Origin: Meyerozyma guilliermondii
Lineage: Eukaryota
Assembly: GCA_051546255.1 (NCBI GenBank)
Contig: CP128821.1
Span: 1 to 64,000, forward strand
Direction of reading: 5' to 3'
DNA length: 64,000 nucleotides
Below, piece by piece: positions 60,436-64,000 of this stretch (positions within the stretch are counted from its first letter, which is position 1; each line of letters begins with the position of its first letter). Under the pieces are notes generated by a model. It was not told where the DNA came from. It saw only the letters and a list, made by a program, of their open reading frames with translations, and ran no database searches. Position numbers and translations under genes: made by a program.

Positions 60436-60879
60436 ATGGAAAATACAACTAAACCACAAATGAGAGAACTGACTCCACAACAAAAGGAAGACAAGATTAG
60501 AATCACTTCGACCAAAACTCTGGCCAACAATGAGGATAGCTGGAAGTTTGTAGCGGTATTTCTGGTTTCTGGTATCCTTCTAATGTTCCTCGGCTTTGCC
60601 CCTGATGTTTTGAAAATAGAGATTCCGGATTATGTCTGGTACGCAACTGCAATCGCTTATGGGGCATATACATTTAGCTGGTTGTGCACCGCATTCAATT
60701 CCATTAGACGTGGGGAGCAAGTAGGAAGGATTTGCCTCAACTTTTTTCATGTTGCTTGGTGCATTATGACATGTGTTTCGGTTGCCATCAAATACTCCGA
60801 ACCACAGAACCAAACTTTATTTAGCATGGTCCCTTTGTTGGTATTAGCTATTTTGAGCTTCGTGCCATTAGAATTTTGA
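60436..60879 (+). CDS. Small hypothetical membrane protein (about 4 TM, 147 aa)
   Basis: ATG in acaaATG context, TATAAAA about 55 bp upstream, four hydrophobic segments. No recognised family. Confidence 0.65.
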   Translation: MENTTKPQMRELTPQQKEDKIRITSTKTLANNEDSWKFVAVFLVSGILLMFLGFAPDVLKIEIPDYVWYATAIAYGAYTFSWLCTAFNSIRRGEQVGRICLNFFHVAWCIMTCVSVAIKYSEPQNQTLFSMVPLLVLAILSFVPLEF

Positions 60880-61043
60880 CTATCGACCCACAAGCTTATT
60901 GATTTCATTAGCTTGTGGCTATCGATCGTCTTAGAATATTTAGCAATTGCTAGCTGCTTTCCATGCTAATTTTGACTATCGACCCACAAGCTTATTGATT
61001 TCATTAGCTTGCGGCTATCGATCGTCTTAGAATATTTAGCAAT
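60872..61043. repeat. Near-perfect 76-bp tandem duplication (period 96) containing a hairpin
   Basis: 60872-60947 and 60968-61043 differ by one base. Internal inverted repeat CCACAAGCT...AGCTTGTGG. Confidence 0.9.
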
Positions 61044-61500
61044 GCACTTAAACATAACAAATTTGCAAGTACCTTGACATGATCAAATTGCAAGCTTGTC
61101 ACCGTGTACTCACTTACAATGTGAAAGCCATGCCAAGTTCTTTACCTTGTAACCTAGAAATCTTGGATCGAGAACCAGATTATTATCTTGGTATGCCAGT
61201 ATGGAATGTCAAAAAGACTGACCAGAGGCTGGACATTTATTCAGCGGTAAGTCCCTTTCAGACTATTACTTATCGATTTCTAGTAAGTTAGCCAAGTTAT
61301 TCAGAAAAGCAAATAGCGGAAAGAAAAACAGATTAGGAAAAACGTTTGGCGACTATCTTTGCAGTTGATGTGGCATAACCTATTGATCTTGCATGATCGG
61401 CGATCAGGAGCCAAATACGACCGAAAACAGCAGTAAATGTGACTTTCGGTAACTTCCAAATCTGCTGATAGTGAAGGAACAGGAAGTATAAGGAAAACCT

Positions 61501-61685
61501 TGAAATTTTGTGGTGGAGGTACTGGAAGCGACCAAAATTATCAATTGGTCAAACCAACTAGAAAAAGAGCCTTAAATAATGCACAACTAGCCGTAGTACT
61601 ACAAAGAGCATCCCACCCAATACCGTTGCAACTGCCCGTCTTGCGAAGATATCTACATGGGTGTACTGATGTGCAGTGATTCTCA
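61501..61685 (+). repeat. ~185-bp dispersed direct repeat, copy 2
   Basis: Diverged copy of 58765-58944. Confidence 0.85.
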
Positions 61686-62168
61686 ATTATCGAGTATTTT
61701 GCATCTAAATTATTACAACTGATGAACAATACTTCTCGATATAAATGCTAGGCATGTGTTCTGTGTCGTATTCCCTGCTGCGAATGCTGATTATTATCAA
61801 AAACTCCGTATAATAATCCAATACCTCGAGAATCTATCCATCTACTCTCCCCGTGCACCACCATAAAAAAGAGGGCCAAACTCTTCTAAGATATCACCCA
61901 ATTGATAAGTGTGAGGCCCTAGTGTCAAGATCTATGATCTTAGCAAGTAAAAATGTACTATAAGAATACGGTAGTACCCAATTGTTGACATTTTTACCCC
62001 AATGACATTTCGGGTGCAAGTACCCGGTAACGAGGTAGATATCGGATAGTGTGTCAAGAAACAGCCGATGGACTTGAACTACTATATAAGTCGAGATACC
62101 TCTTCATGGAGCCAGTGCCGTCTCCGACAACAACTAGAGATAAATCCAGACCGTGAAGAACTTTTAAT

Positions 62169-64000
62169 ATGGTATCCAAAGGAATTCTGATTGCGATTGA
62201 TCGTGGTGGAACTTTCTGTGATGTTATTGCCAAGATTCCAGGTCATCAAGACTACGTCTTCAAACTCCTTTCTGTTGATCCGAAAAACTACAAGGATGCT
62301 CCGACTGAAGGTATTCGTAGAGTATTGGAAAAAGCACATAACAGGAAAATTCCTAAGAACGAATTGCTTTCTTTGGAACTGATTGATAGTATTAGAATGG
62401 GAACTACAGTTGCGACTAATGCTCTCTTGGAACGTAAAGGTGCAAAGGTGTGCTTGATAACAACCAAGGGATTCCACGATGTACTTGCGATAGGCAACCA
62501 AACCCGTCCTAATATTTTTGATCTCACGGCAGAAAAACTTGGTCACTTGTATGAACTGGTACTTGAGGTTGACGAGCGTATAACTATTGAAACTTTTTCC
62601 GAAGGAGGAGGAGATAAGTTGAAGATTGATGTGGATTCCGATCCTAATCTCGTACGCAGTTCTACTGGAGATATTATCCGGATCTTGAAAAGGCCCAATT
62701 ATGAGAAGGTCGAAGCAGATTTACAGCAATTATATGATCAAGGTGAGATCAAGACCATTGCGCTCTGTCTTTTGCATTCTTACGCTTTTCCAGACCACGA
62801 AAAGCAAATTGCTAAAATCTGCAAAAAAATTGGGTTTTCTGTCTCGGTGTCCCATGAACTTCAGCCCATGATAGGTATGGTGAACAGAACGTCTTCGACT
62901 GTTGCTGATGCTTACTTATCGCCAGTAGTTCAAGAATACATGGAGGGCTTTGGTGCTGGATTTGAAGGTGGATTGGAGTCTTTTGGTAACAAGCTTTTGT
63001 TCATGCAAAGTAATGGTGGACTTGCTCCGTGGTACAGGTTTACTGGTCTCAAGGCTATTCTTTCTGGACCAGCTGGAGGTGTAGTTGGGTTCGGAGAAAC
63101 ATGCTACGATACCAAGTCAAGAACAGCTACTATTGGATTTGATGCTGGTGGAACTTCTACCGACGTTTCACGGTACTGCGGCTCATTGGAGCACATTTAT
63201 GAGACGGTTGTTAGTCAAGTGAGTTTACAAACTCCACAACTTGATATTTCCACGGTTGCTGCTGGAGGAGGTTCCATGCTTTTTTGGAAAAATGGGATGT
63301 TTGTCGTTGGCCCTGAGTCAGCTGGATCTGATCCTGGACCAGCTTGCTACCGTAAGGGAGGACCCTTGACGGTAACTGATGCGAACTTGTTTTTGGGAAG
63401 ATTAATTCCTGAACACTTTCCAAACATTTTTGGTCCAAACCATGATGAGCCACTCGATGCCAAAACTACTGCTGAAAAGTTTAAGGAGCTTACCGCCGTC
63501 ATTAACCAGGAAAAGGGAAGCACAGAGGCTATGACTCCAGAACAAGTGGCAGAAGGTTTTCTCAAGGTTGCAGTGGAAGCCATGGCCAGACCGATCAGAA
63601 ATATCACAGAAGCAAAGGGCTACAAAACTTCAGAGCACAACTTGGCATGTTTTGGTGGTACTGGAGGTCAATTTTCAGTGGCCTTAGCCAAGAATCTTCT
63701 GATTCGTTCGGCTGCAATTCACAAGTATTCCTCTTTATTGTCTGCTCATGGAATCATGCTCGCCGATATCTTGATAGAGAAGCAAGCACCGCTCACTTGT
63801 GCCTATTCTGAAGATAATTATGCTTTGATTGACAGGACTGTGGAAGGGTTAGTGAACGATGCGTATAAGGACTACGAGCTGCAAAATTTGGTAGAATTTG
63901 AGACCAGCGTTCAAGTCATGTTGAATATGAGATATGTTGGTTCCGATACCCACTTGCTTATCCCCAAGAATGAGCACTACGATGCTGCTGACTCTTTTGT
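62169..64000 (+). CDS. OXP1: 5-oxoprolinase (hydantoinase/oxoprolinase family), 5' part; continues beyond the window
   Basis: Missing from the ORF track because there is no stop in the window. Translates MVSKGI(S)IAIDRGGTFCD...IRMGTTVATNALLERKG...LSGPAGGVVG...GFDAGGTSTDVS...TVAAGGGS...PGPACYRKGGPLTVTDAN. Confidence 0.95.
   Translation, partial: MVSKGILIAIDRGGTFCDVIAKIPGHQDYVFKLLSVDPKNYKDAPTEGIRRVLEKAHNRKIPKNELLSLELIDSIRMGTTVATNALLERKGAKVCLITTKGFHDVLAIGNQTRPNIFDLTAEKLGHLYELVLEVDERITIETFSEGGGDKLKIDVDSDPNLVRSSTGDIIRILKRPNYEKVEADLQQLYDQGEIKTIALCLLHSYAFPDHEKQIAKICKKIGFSVSVSHELQPMIGMVNRTSSTVADAYLSPVVQEYMEGFGAGFEGGLESFGNKLLFMQSNGGLAPWYRFTGLKAILSGPAGGVVGFGETCYDTKSRTATIGFDAGGTSTDVSRYCGSLEHIYETVVSQVSLQTPQLDISTVAAGGGSMLFWKNGMFVVGPESAGSDPGPACYRKGGPLTVTDANLFLGRLIPEHFPNIFGPNHDEPLDAKTTAEKFKELTAVINQEKGSTEAMTPEQVAEGFLKVAVEAMARPIRNITEAKGYKTSEHNLACFGGTGGQFSVALAKNLLIRSAAIHKYSSLLSAHGIMLADILIEKQAPLTCAYSEDNYALIDRTVEGLVNDAYKDYELQNLVEFETSVQVMLNMRYVGSDTHLLIPKNEHYDAADSF

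Overview
Left end of a budding-yeast chromosome. It starts with about 44 copies of the 8-bp telomere repeat CCAGTACA (G-strand ACTGGTGT), the repeat known for Meyerozyma (Candida) guilliermondii. The HXT-type transporter at 47066-48748 carries the residue numbering I recall for M. guilliermondii Mgt05196. The organism is therefore most likely Meyerozyma, a CUG-Ser clade yeast, and the supplied translations show Leu where Ser is expected at CTG codons. From left to right the window holds: (1) telomere, tRNA-Leu(CAA) with a duplicated 5' fragment, and an F-box-like/LRR gene; (2) an ~18-kb amide/peptide-hydrolase cluster (DAL5-like permease, two membrane-anchored double-domain amidohydrolases, CPS1, VBA-like and HOL1-like MFS, a YtcJ-like amidohydrolase and an intron-containing transcription factor); (3) a siderophore transporter whose promoter recurs as an inverted copy 5 kb away; (4) a putative co-regulated sugar-acid catabolic cluster (divergent LGD1-like dehydratase, LGA1-like aldolase, sugar porter, GRE2-like and ADH6-like reductases, C2H2 TF); (5) an SDR pair, a beta-mannosyltransferase, a xylose/hexose transporter, a Gfo/Idh/MocA plus PhyH divergent pair, and three tandem Zn2Cys6 TFs; (6) UBP13, MXR1, two orphan membrane-protein genes between 180-bp direct repeats, and the 5' part of OXP1. 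Two genes are each split by a single-base frameshift, and two short introns repair ORFs that the track shows as broken. All homology calls come from motif recognition, not database searches.
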